Positions 40,965 through 53,639 of a stretch of DNA of 64,000 bases are shown here, piece after piece. The DNA comes from an uncultured Gemmatimonadaceae bacterium. Its GTDB lineage: Bacteria; Gemmatimonadota; Gemmatimonadetes; Gemmatimonadales; Gemmatimonadaceae. The translations under genes and the position numbers were made by a program. The stretch is taken from positions 1,184,001 through 1,248,000 of the forward strand of contig CAVUDW010000002.1 of NCBI GenBank assembly GCA_963740355.1. The letters are read 5' to 3'. Positions within the stretch are counted from its first letter, which is position 1, and each line of letters opens with the position of its first letter. Below the pieces are notes generated by a model. That model searched no databases. It was not told the DNA's origin and was given only the letters and a program-made list of their open reading frames with translations.

Positions 40965-42963
40965 ATGAACCTCGGAAATTCTGGCCATGCAATCCCGCGA
41001 CCGCACGATGCTACCGCTGGTCGTGGTCGCGACCGCAGGTCTCATTGGTGCGTCAGCTCTTTCACGTTGATCACGCTCCTCGTCAGCACAGCGTGTTCAG
41101 ACCCTAGCGCACCGCGCAACCCTACGATCTCGGCTTCCGTCATGAAGGACAGTGCGAGCACGGTGCCTGATGCTGACTCGGCGTCGTATTTGCCGTTACT
41201 AGATGGCAAGCTTGCCCTATCCGAGGTGCCGGATCTTGTGGCAATCGACGTGACACCCGAGACGCGTAGTAATGACGTGGTCGAACGGCTGCGGGCGATG
41301 AACCCGTCGCGTAATGTTCGCGCACGCGAGGCGTCTGTATGGCGTACTACCCACGTCTTCGAGGTGACGGGTCTTGAGGACTCTCTTGGTCGGCGCCCAT
41401 CGCGCGCTCTAGCTCAAGACTCGTCCATCGACTTTGCCGTTCCCGTCTTTGTGACGACTGGAGCCAGAGCCGACACGCTGTATTTGCTTGAATAGGCTTG
41501 TCGTGGAATTCGCAAACGGCGGATCCGCAGCTGACGTACAGCGCCTAGAGAAGATGCATCACCTACGCTTGCTTCGCGAACCCGCAAAGGATTCGGGTCG
41601 CCTGAACTACGAGTTCAGGTTTCCGCCACACACACGTGAGCCGGTGTCAATCATCAAGCGGGTGGCCCAAGACCCCAATGTGACGATGGTCACACCGGAA
41701 TATTACAGCACGGGTACGCATCTTGATTCGCCAACAGACCCACTGTATTCGTTCCAGTTCAATCTGTACAGCACCACGATTTACGCTGGAGTGCCGGCAG
41801 ATGTCCGCGCCGACTGGGCCTGGACGATTGGCGCTGGCTCAGGGCTAAAGATCGGCGTGATCGACGACGGCATTTATGCGTCGCATCCGGACTTGGCGGG
41901 GCGCGTGAATCCGACAGGTGTGAACTTCGTGTCCGACGGTGTTTCCGCAACAAATCCTTCTGCGCCATTCTACCATGGAACCGCCGTCACAGGGATGATC
42001 GTTGCGACACGTAATAATGCACTTGGCGTCGCTGGCCTCGCGTCCAGCGCCACGGCGTATGCGATCAAGGTATTTGAGATCGTGGGCGGAGAATCCAGAG
42101 CGTCGAACGTGAATATCGCGAACGGCATCAACTACGCGAGAACGACGTTCAACGTCGACGTAATCAACATGTCACTGTCGACGACGGCAGACGCTGGCAT
42201 CCAGTCGGCCTTGAATAGCGCACGGACACTCGGTCGCGGTGGGAAAGGTATCGTGGTAGTGGCCTCCGTGGGCAACGAAGGTAACGCGAATTCAATCAAC
42301 TTTCCGTCGAGCTACACCGATGTTGTTGCCGTGGGTGCCATCACGGCGAACGGTCCGCGCGCGACGTACTCAAACCGTGGGGCTGGAATTTCCGTTGTCG
42401 CCCCATCTTCAAACGTCAGCAGTGAGGCGGTGTACTGCACGTTGGCTGACGGACCAGCGACGACGAGTATTGCCTCGCAGGGTTGCTACGGCGTTGGGCT
42501 GTCGTCCGGGTACGTCCGCTTTGGTGGAACATCAGCCGCGGCGCCGCAAGTGGCCGCGATTGCCGCAATGGTGCTGGAACGGTTCCCGACACTGACATCC
42601 ACGCAGGTACGAGACCGGATCCGCACGTATGCGGACTCCTGGGGCGCACAGACTGACGTTGGGTACGGCAAGGTTAACGCCTATCTTGCGCTCGTGGGTC
42701 GACTGGGCGTCGCCATATCTGGCAGTGCGCTCGTGCCTCCTGGCGTGGTTACTCGCACGTGCAGTGCGACAAATGGTGAAGATCCAAAGGGGTATCGATG
42801 GTTTCTGTCGTATACCGGGGACGAGGCAGGACTCTTTGACACCGGCGTGACGAGTGTCACGTTCAGTCAGTCGATCAACAGTGGCGAAACATTCCTCACG
42901 AGATGCGTGGTCACGTCTGGATTCCAAACGGTCTACGCTCAGAAGGCGATGATCGCGCAGTAA
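40965..42963 (+). CDS. S8 subtilisin-like serine protease, predicted lipoprotein; split by a 1-nt insertion near 41488
   Basis: Triad VIDDG, YHGTAV and GGTSAAAPQV; oxyanion GN. Removing one T joins 'DTLYLL' to 'NRLVVEF'. Lipobox-like VSTAC. Confidence 0.82.
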
Positions 42964-42994
42964 CACGTCCGAGCAGCGGGAGAGACCCGGGAAG

Positions 42995-44197
42995 ATGAAG
43001 CCGATAAGTCGACACACGGTTCAGTCGTGGATGCGGCGGAGTTTCGCGGGGACCGTGCTCTTGGCGGGATGTAGTTCTAATCTCGTTACGGCTGTTGATG
43101 GTCCCCCGCGGACCGTGGCAATGGTTTTCGGATTCGATGCGGCCGGTGATCCCGATGTCGACGCGATGAAGATCCGATGGCTACTCGCCGGGCACGATAC
43201 GGTGCTCTCGGCGGTGACGGAGACGCTTCCTGCTTCATCCACCGCGGTGGAGGCCGCAAACGGCGAATCCGTGTTCATACTGTCAAATACGCGAACCGAA
43301 CTGCGCGTGATCGAAGTAGATCAGCAGACTCGCTCCGTGGTGCGTCGTTCTACTAGTCGGCGCTTTGCGCCGGTCGTAGTTGCAACGAGTGAGGGAGAGA
43401 CGCGCATCGTCTCTCCAGTGATTGGGTTCGCGTCGCCCGTACTTATCTCGTCGCTCGGGCTGATCGTCACTCCCGCTGATGATGCGACGAATACAACGCC
43501 TGGCTTGCTGGCGATCAGTGTGGCCACGCTAAAGCCAATCTGGTTTCTTCCTGGTCGCTCGGTGGTTGCGACGGCTACCGACGTCGCCAGCACACAGCCT
43601 GCTTTGTGGGTGTCCGTGCGCCATGCTGGACGCTTTGATGGTGTGGGTGGCTCGTTGATCCGGTTGGATCTGCGCACATTTGCCGTGCTAGACTCTCTGC
43701 CATTCCCAGGACGCACGAGTGCCGAGGCGATGCCGCTGTATCTGAGCATGGTCGCAGCCGACGCATCGACAGTGCTCGCTGGTACGAGTGGAGCATTGTT
43801 TCAATGCAGCCGTTCGCCGTTGTCGTGTGAGCCGACAGCAACGAACGTTTCCGGTATCCTGTCGCCTTTGCGTCAGCAAGCTGCATACGTGCAAAGCGTG
43901 TCGAACCCGCGCTTGTTGTTGGCACGTGGTCCCGTCGCCATCCTCAGTGCGCGAGGCGCAGTCATCCGAACGATAGCGCCGCCAGAGTTTTCGCTGGCGG
44001 CGCAACGCGGCGTTATTTCGGCGAGGTCCGACGGGCGAGGTACCAGCCTTGTCGTGCTGGCGGGCCCTGAGTCAAGTGAAGCTCCGAGTGACGTTTTTCC
44101 CATCCGACTCGCAATCGTCAACGTCGCAAACGGCGAGCTCGTATGGCAGAGCCGTCTCACCACTGCAGGTCGTGACCGGCCGACGTCCATCTTTTGA
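42995..44197 (+). CDS. Hypothetical lipoprotein, beta-rich (possible propeller)
   Basis: 400-aa ORF 31 nt after the protease stop. Lipobox LLAGC. No family recognised. Confidence 0.6.
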   Translation: MKPISRHTVQSWMRRSFAGTVLLAGCSSNLVTAVDGPPRTVAMVFGFDAAGDPDVDAMKIRWLLAGHDTVLSAVTETLPASSTAVEAANGESVFILSNTRTELRVIEVDQQTRSVVRRSTSRRFAPVVVATSEGETRIVSPVIGFASPVLISSLGLIVTPADDATNTTPGLLAISVATLKPIWFLPGRSVVATATDVASTQPALWVSVRHAGRFDGVGGSLIRLDLRTFAVLDSLPFPGRTSAEAMPLYLSMVAADASTVLAGTSGALFQCSRSPLSCEPTATNVSGILSPLRQQAAYVQSVSNPRLLLARGPVAILSARGAVIRTIAPPEFSLAAQRGVISARSDGRGTSLVVLAGPESSEAPSDVFPIRLAIVNVANGELVWQSRLTTAGRDRPTSIF

Positions 44198-44499
44198 CGA
44201 CGCGACGCTCTACGCTGTTCACGTGTGGGTTCGTGGCAGACGCCTCAATCCTCTGCTGCGACTCTCCGGAGGACGTGGGCCGGCGGTAATGCTGGCGCAT
44301 CGGATGCCAAGCTGCTGCGACCGAGAATTGTCCGAAGATTGGCCCCAAAGCGTTTTGGCAGGAGCGGTCTCAAGAGTGTTGTATTGGTCCTGTGGCAGAC
44401 GTCCTCCTCCTGTGGCTGGCTCATTGGTCGGCCGAGCCCAGCCGCGACATCGTACGTTGTGAACCGCAGTCGCAGTCGCTAGCTGTAGATCACGGAGAC

Positions 44500-45738
44500 T
44501 GAGCTGTCCCCGGTGCCGTGGACACGCGGCTAAGCTACATCTTGCTCGAATTCGACCGGGCTGACATAGCCCAGTGTGGAATGCCTCCGGGTCGGATTGT
44601 ATACCCGCTCGAGATAGTCGAAGACATCCGCGCGTGCCGCATCTCGGGCCTGGTAGTGCTTCCGGGCGGTACGCTCCGTTTCGAGGGTCGAGAAGAAGCT
44701 CTCCGTCACGGCGTTGTCCCAGACGTCGCCTGACCGACTCATGCTGCAGACGATGCCCTGCGCCGTCAGCACGCGTTGAAACGATTCGCCCTGGCGTCCT
44801 GCTGGAGTGTGCAAGATCGGTCGGCGGCGTGCCGCGCCGCCACACCGCCATCAGCAAGGCGTCGGTCACGAGCTGCGCAGTCATGGTGGATTGCATCGAC
44901 CAGCCAATGACGCGTCGCGAAAAGAGATCGAGCACGACGGCCACGTAGAGCCACCCCTCCGTCGTCCAGAGATACGTGAAGTCCGCGACCCACTTCTGAG
45001 TCGGCGCAGTCGCGGTGAAATCCCGGTCGAGCAGATTGGCCGCAATGGCGTGGACCAGCCGGTCGCCGGTGTCCGTTGGCAGCGCGCGGCGCCTGGGGCG
45101 GGCGCGGAGGGCGTGGAGCTGCATCAGCCGCTCCACATGATGCAGACCAATCCGTACACCCGCCGCTCGGAGATCGCGAAGAATCCGCCGTGCACCATAG
45201 TTCCGATCACTGAGCTGGAAGCTCGCCCGCATGGCAGTGCTGATCCCCGCATCCGTCCGCGACCGCACACTCTCGGGTCGCGTATACCACGCGTAGAACC
45301 CACTGCGCGACACACCGAGCATGTCAGAGATCGTGCGCACCGGCTTCGTCCCTCGATGCTTCGCCACAAAGCCAAATTTCACGTCGACTCCCTGGCAAAG
45401 TCGGCCGCGGCCTTTTTTAGGATATCGCGCTCCATCCGTAGCGGGGCCACTTCCTTCCGATGCCGCGTCAGCTCCGCCCGCTCTACCCGGGTGCTCTGCC
45501 CACCGCCGGCTGCGGCCGCCGCGTCATGCGTCGCCGTGCGCATCCACATCCGGAGCAGATGTGGGCGAATACCCGAGGCCTCGCGCCGCCTGCGCCATCG
45601 ACACGCCGCGCACCGTCACCAATCGCACCGCTTCCTGCTTGAACTCGTCGCTGAACTTTTGCCGGACCCGTGCCATATCCCACCCCCTCACCCGTAAGAA
45701 CACCTAAGAATGGTGTCTACGGAACCAGGGACAGCTCA
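44500..45738 (-). mobile_element. IS3-family element (1239 bp) with degraded orfA and orfB
   Basis: 26-bp IRs TGAGCTGTCCCCGGTGCCGTGGACAC and TGAGCTGTCCCTGGTTCCGTAGACAC (23/26). orfB has 'KWVADFTY', 'DLFSRRVIGW' and 'WDNAVTESFF'. The HSDQGSQY segment is disrupted near 44810. Confidence 0.92.
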
Positions 45739-46415
45739 GATGATGCGGTCGGGACGGTAGCGCTTCGCTTGTAGCATAATCTTGTTCAAGCCCAGAGCAT
45801 CTTCGTTAATCACGCCGTCGATGCCTTCATCGCCGCTGCCGCCTGTGTGTTCGAGTGCGTTCGCTAGAGTGCTCCCGTAGCCCATTGCACCGAGCGTTTC
45901 AAGAACAAGCGCCTCAAAGAAGCGCGCAGGTTTTGCCAAGATCGCGTCGAGTAGTTCGCCGCGAAGGACCGAATCAAGTTCCACAAGTGCCTGCTCAATG
46001 CGGTCTTCGGGTGTCGCCGTGAATGCGGCCGGTGGCACGGCCGTGGTCACGGCGGCATCAGCTCAGTCTACCGTGCGCTTCGTCCACGAGTCTTCGAAGC
46101 CTGGTATGGCCTGCAGGTCGGCGATCCGAATGGCGTCCGGAAATCGGGTGAGGAACTCACCGCCCTCGATCGTGATCCGATAGGTACCTCGGACCACCTT
46201 TTCAATCAGGCGCGCCTTCGTGAGAAATGTCATTGCCCATCCAGCTCGATTCGCGATGTAAGTAGACCCGCCGCTGGGTATGCGCGCTTGGCGCTCTTCA
46301 TCGGACAGGCCGAACTGCGTCGCCTTGCACTCGGTCGCGCTGCGGCGTGACACGTCCTCGAGTTGGCAAGCGCGAGAATCGGGCGAAGAAGTTGGTCGTA
46401 AGTGAGGATCGGCAA
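45739..46415 (-). pseudogene. mrr: Mrr type IV restriction endonuclease pseudogene
   Basis: 'MPILTYDQLLRPIL', 'IPSG...ANRAGWA' and 'FFE.LV..LGAMGYG...GGSGDEGIDGVINEDALGL...QAKRY'. Frameshift near 46360, in-frame TGA at 46063-46065, cut by IS3 at 45738. Confidence 0.9.
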
Positions 46416-46704
46416 GCGGCACTCTTTCGTGTGTGAGGACGGGAGTGTATCGGACTGTTCGCGAACTCGCGATGCGGCAGGATCTTCTTTCAGACGGTAT
46501 TCTCGTCGGCGCTGACGCCGGAGTCTTGGTCCTCCTGGCGCTAATGGCAGCCGGTCAGTACTTGAGTACGCTAGAGGCGGTTGATGCGCGTGCGGGCAGC
46601 CGAAATCTGTCGATCGGTCCACTACCAGCTAGCAGAATGGACGAATCGCGATGTCCTCCCACCACACATATCCCTTGGTGCCAGCTTTCATGGGGGTACC
46701 CGGG

Positions 46705-46794
46705 GGAACCCCAAACAAAACGCCCCACCGGATCTCGGCAGGGCGTTTCTGCTATCTCATTGCATTTCAACGACTTGTAAAGCTCCCGAGGAGG
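46705..46794. repeat. att-like direct repeat, copy 2, overlapping the tRNA 3' end; includes a hairpin and an IHF-like site
   Basis: Hairpin aaacgccccaccg-gatct-cggcagggcgttt. TTTCAACGACTTG resembles the IHF consensus WATCAANNNNTTR. Confidence 0.85.
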
Positions 46795-46856
46795 GACTCG
46801 AACCCCCGACCCGCTGATTAACAGTCAGCTGCTCTAACCACCTGAGCTACTCGGGA
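46783..46856 (-). tRNA. tRNA-Asn (GTT); CCA not encoded
   Basis: Acceptor TCCCGAG/CTCGGGA, D arm GCTC/GAGC, anticodon arm GCTGA-CTGTTAA-TCAGC, T loop TTCGAGT, discriminator G. Confidence 0.97.
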
Positions 46857-47112
46857 TCGCACCGGCTTCACAGCCAGCCCCACAACTTAGCATCCCCGAC
46901 AACAGGGTCAACCCAACGACCGTCGCCAAACCCGCTCCCAGACGCACTGCCCCTGCAATTCCTGCCGCCAACCACCGCCGCCTGCAGCGCGCCGACCACA
47001 CCAGCGTCGCCCCGGAGCAGGCACTGCCTTTCGGCACTCGCGGCTTCCGAGCTCGGGCCGGTTGCCAATGACGCGTCAGAGAGGGAAGGCCGTCCAGCAG
47101 AGCACGCCGGCA

Positions 47113-47128
47113 TGGAACAAATCGTGCA
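47113..47128 (+). promoter_or_regulatory. Putative sigma-54 (-24/-12) promoter
   Basis: TGGAAC-AAATC-GTGCA has exact GG-N10-GC spacing and lies about 120 nt upstream of the PEP-CTERM gene. Confidence 0.55.
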
Positions 47129-47247
47129 CACGATTTTCCCCGTTGAAGCACCCGAACTCCACCGACGATTTGCCCCCGTACTTCGTCACCGGCGCCACCC
47201 GCTTCAAGTCGCGCCGGAATTTGTATCCCACCCTCCCGCCCAGAGGA

Positions 47248-47826
47248 ATGCCCGTGAAGCAGACCCGCATCAGCACCGCCGCCGTCCTGTTGGCCGTCGC
47301 TGCGCTCAGCTCCACCGCCCATGCGCAGACGTTCGCCTTCACCGGCACCGAACTGGGCAACCCGGTCCCGACGCGCTTCGCGACGTCCACCGAGCAGCTG
47401 TTCGCGTCGAGCGCGCCGGCCGTCACCCTGCCGATCGTTGCCGTGAAGGCCAGCTCGGTCGAGAAGGCCGACATGATCAGTGCCTCGCTGCCCTCCGATT
47501 CCTGGGGGCCGATCGCGCTTCATGAGGCCGATGACGCGACCGCTGGGGACGAGGAAAAGAACGAGGACGGCGGGTTCTTCAGCTCGACCCTCGGCCGCGC
47601 CTCGATGGTCGGACTGGCAGGCCTCGCGGGTGCCAGCTACGTCGCGATCCACAACAGCGGCTCGTCGAACGACGCCAACAGCACCCGTGAAGTCTTCGCG
47701 CCGTCCACGGGTACCACGACCGCCGCTGACGTGATCGTCAATCCGGAACCGGCCACCATGGTGCTCATGGGCACTGGCCTCGTCTCACTCGGACTGGTCG
47801 CACGCCGTCGTCGTCGCTCGAACTGA
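47248..47826 (+). CDS. PEP-CTERM sorting domain protein
   Basis: Signal peptide ending AHA-Q. C-terminus 'VNPEPATMVLMGTGLVSLGLVARRRRRSN'. Confidence 0.92.
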   Translation: MPVKQTRISTAAVLLAVAALSSTAHAQTFAFTGTELGNPVPTRFATSTEQLFASSAPAVTLPIVAVKASSVEKADMISASLPSDSWGPIALHEADDATAGDEEKNEDGGFFSSTLGRASMVGLAGLAGASYVAIHNSGSSNDANSTREVFAPSTGTTTAADVIVNPEPATMVLMGTGLVSLGLVARRRRRSN

Positions 47827-47853
47827 GTCGCACCACACAGCCTCGGCTCGCAG

Positions 47854-47884
47854 AAAGGCGATCGCTCACGCGGTCGCCTTTTTT
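47854..47884 (+). terminator. Rho-independent terminator
   Basis: aaaggcgatcgc-tcac-gcggtcgcc-tttttt. Confidence 0.85.
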
Positions 47885-47939
47885 GCGCCCTGACACCGCG
47901 ACGCGATGATTCACGCTCGCGACTCGGGTACACTTACCC

Positions 47940-48708
47940 ATGCCTTCCACGCGCCCCATCTGCCTCATCACCGGTGCCTCGAGCGGCATCGGTGCCGAAC
48001 TGGCCTACTGCGCCGCCGCCGACGGATTCGATCTCGTGTTGGTCGCGCGACGAATGAGCGCGCTCGCCGACGTCGCGCAACGCTGCGAGAAGAAGCATGA
48101 TGCGAAGGTCAGCATCATTCACTCCGACCTCGGTGATTCCACTGCACCGCGTGTGCTGGCTGCCGAGCTGCGCGCGCGCAAGCTGGATGTGCACACGCTG
48201 ATCAACAACGCGGGGCTCGGAGCCAGCGGCAGCATCGCTGCACTGCCGATCGAGACGCAGATGAACATGATCCAGGTGAACGTCACGGCACTGACCGAGA
48301 TCACGCGACGACTGCTGCCAGCGATGCTCGAACGTGGCAGCGGTGCGGTGATGAACGTGGCCAGCACCGCAGCATTTCTGCCGGGCCCGAACATGGCGGT
48401 CTACTACGCCAGCAAGGCGTACGTGTTGTCGTTCACCGAAGCGCTGGCCGAAGAGCTGCGCGGCACCGGCATCAACATCAGCGCGCTCTGCCCGGGGCCA
48501 ACCGCCACCGAGTTCGGCGCCGTGAGCGGGATGTCGGCCACCAAGCTGTTCAAGCAGAAGGGGATGATGATGTCTTCCAACACCGTCGCACGCGCCGGAT
48601 GGGAAGGGCTGCTGGCCGGCGATCGCATCGTCATTCCGGGGATGGCCAACAAACTGCTCAATCAGTCACTGCGAATCGGACCGCGCGCCCTGATCGCTAG
48701 GGTTTCGG

Positions 48709-48731
<23 letters not shown>
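47940..48731 (+). CDS. Short-chain dehydrogenase/reductase
   Basis: TGASSGIG, NNAG, YYASK (YxxxK) and LCPGP. Confidence 0.94.
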
Positions 48732-51570
<2,839 letters not shown>

Positions 51571-51653
51571 TGAAAGATAGTCGGAGTCGGGGCTCACGAC
51601 ACAGACCTTTACTGCGTAGCGTTAGACCGAGATGAGAGCGACATGACCGAGAT

Positions 51654-53534
51654 ATGACAGCGCCCGCGATCCAGCCGGACGACGACGAAGTACGGCCCGT
51701 GCTCGACCGGCGACTCGTGCGCCGCCTCGCGCACTACGTGCGCCCGTACCTGCCCCTGGTAGCAGGTGCGGTGGTGCTGCTCGCACTCGAGGGTGCCACT
51801 GCAGTGGTTGGCCCATGGCTGACGCAGCGCGTGATCGATCACGCCATTCCCACGCGCGACCTGGGGTTCATCCGCCTCGCGGCGCTGGCCCTTGCGGCGT
51901 CTCTCGTGGTGCAGTTTGCCTGCAGCTACGGCGAGACGATGCTCACCGGCCTGCTGGGCCAGAAGGTGATGCGTGACCTGCGAACGGAACTGTTTGCGAA
52001 GCTGCAGACGTTGAGTATCAGTTTCTTCGATCGCAATCCGGCCGGCCGGCTCATCACTCGCGTCACCAGCGACGTGGAGTCGTTGAACGAGCTCTTCACC
52101 GCCGGTGTCGTGGCCGGGCTGGGTGATCTCTTCGCGCTGGCCGCGATGGCGGTGATGATGTTGATCACCGATTGGCAGCTGGCACTGGCGGCGTTCGCAG
52201 CGGTGCCGTTCGTCTGGCTGGTAAGCCGCATCTTCCAGAAGAAGGTGCGTGTTGCGTACCGGGAGATTCGCGGCAAGCTGGCGCGCATCAATGCCTTCGC
52301 GCAGGAGCGCATCACCGGCGTGCGCGTGGTGCAGCTGTTCAGCCGCGAGCCTGACGAATCGCGTCGGTTCGATGTGCTCAATCGCGAGCACCTCGATGTG
52401 AACGTGAAGTCGATCATGTACTACGCCGCGTATTTCCCCGCGATCGAGATCCTGACCACGATCGCGCTCGCGAGCCTGATCGCGGCGGCCACACATCGCG
52501 TCAACGCCGGCCTGCTGACCGTGGGCACCGTGGCGGCATTCCTGCAGCTGGTGCGCCGCTTCTTCCAGCCGCTGCAGGACCTGAGCGACAAGTTCAACAC
52601 CTTGCAGCAGGCCATGGCCGCATCGGAGCGCATCTTCACGCTGCTCGATACCACGGCGACGGTGGTCGATGTGGAGGCGCCGGCAGACACCACCGTCCGC
52701 ACCCATCGCGGCGTCACGGTGACGTTCGAGGACGTCTGGTTTGCCTACGATACCGCGGCCGGCGTGGCGGCGGACGATGCGGCCACACACTGGGTGCTGC
52801 GCGGCGTGTCGTTCACCGTGCGACCCGGTGAGACGCTGGCGCTGGTGGGGCATACCGGTGCCGGCAAGACGACCGTGGTGAGCCTGCTGCTACGCTTCTA
52901 CGACCCGCAGCGGGGTCGCATCCTGCTCGATGGTCGCGACATTCGCACCATGCCCCTCGGCGAGCTGCGCGCACGGATCGGCTACGTGCAACAGGACATC
53001 TTCCTCTTTGCGGGCGACGTGGCGTCAAACATCCGTCTCTCGAACCCGATCGACGATGAGGCCGTGCGCCAGGCCGCCGCTCGCGTCGGCGCTGACCGTG
53101 TGATCGCCCGTTTGCCGGATGGGTACGCGCAGAAGCTCGGTGAACGGGGCGCCACGCTCTCGGTGGGCGAACGGCAGCTGCTGAGCTTTTCGCGCGCCTT
53201 GGCCAGCGATCCCGACCTGCTGCTCCTCGATGAAGCCACCAGCGCCGTGGACAGTGAGCGCGAGGCTGAGATTCAGGAGGCCCTGGGCGCGCTGATGAGC
53301 GGCCGGACGACCATTGCGGTGGCGCATCGCCTGAGCACGATCGTGGATGCCGATGAGATCCTTGTAATGCACCACGGTGTGGTGGCGGAGCGCGGACCAC
53401 ACGCGGCGCTGCTGGCGCGAAAGGGGTTGTACGAGCGGTTGTGGCGCTTGCAGGTCGGCGATTCGGCGGCGCTGGCCGACGAGCCAAAGGCGGGCCCGTC
53501 CGTAGCGCTTGCCGGGCCCATCGACCGAGCCTAG
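51654..53534 (+). CDS. ABC exporter, fused permease/ATPase (MsbA/MdlB-like)
   Basis: TM domain followed by GHTGAGKT, LSVGERQ, LDEATS and AHRLST. Confidence 0.94.
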   Translation: MTAPAIQPDDDEVRPVLDRRLVRRLAHYVRPYLPLVAGAVVLLALEGATAVVGPWLTQRVIDHAIPTRDLGFIRLAALALAASLVVQFACSYGETMLTGLLGQKVMRDLRTELFAKLQTLSISFFDRNPAGRLITRVTSDVESLNELFTAGVVAGLGDLFALAAMAVMMLITDWQLALAAFAAVPFVWLVSRIFQKKVRVAYREIRGKLARINAFAQERITGVRVVQLFSREPDESRRFDVLNREHLDVNVKSIMYYAAYFPAIEILTTIALASLIAAATHRVNAGLLTVGTVAAFLQLVRRFFQPLQDLSDKFNTLQQAMAASERIFTLLDTTATVVDVEAPADTTVRTHRGVTVTFEDVWFAYDTAAGVAADDAATHWVLRGVSFTVRPGETLALVGHTGAGKTTVVSLLLRFYDPQRGRILLDGRDIRTMPLGELRARIGYVQQDIFLFAGDVASNIRLSNPIDDEAVRQAAARVGADRVIARLPDGYAQKLGERGATLSVGERQLLSFSRALASDPDLLLLDEATSAVDSEREAEIQEALGALMSGRTTIAVAHRLSTIVDADEILVMHHGVVAERGPHAALLARKGLYERLWRLQVGDSAALADEPKAGPSVALAGPIDRA

Positions 53535-53639
53535 CTTCACCCGACTGATGACCGTCCACACCCTCTTCATTCCCCCAGCTGGCGCGCTCTGGTGCGACAC
53601 GGGGCTGGCTCAGGTTTCGATGCTCCCTGCCGCGGTGAC

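Larger units (their letters stand above)
39403..46794. mobile_element. Degenerate genomic island integrated at the tRNA-Asn 3' end; no integrase visible
   Basis: Bounded by direct repeats 7378 bp apart. Interior is visibly more AT-rich and contains IS relics and an mrr pseudogene. Confidence 0.8.

Noticed and set aside
38061..42963. Fic plus S8 protease as a toxin-antitoxin or anti-phage pair
   Set aside because: They are separated by an att-like repeat and an IS relic. The protease appears exported, no AAA ATPase partner is present, and the Fic has its own inhibitory motif.
46063..46065. In-frame TGA in mrr as recoding (Sec or Trp)
   Set aside because: TGA is a normal stop throughout the window, and the gene carries other lesions.
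46433..46780. 115-aa ORF next to the tRNA as an integrase remnant
   Set aside because: No tyrosine or serine recombinase motifs are recognisable, and it runs through the att-like repeat.
51571..51653. SOS box upstream of uvrA (gaccgagat occurs twice)
   Set aside because: It does not match any LexA motif I know, and a 9-bp repeat alone is weak evidence.
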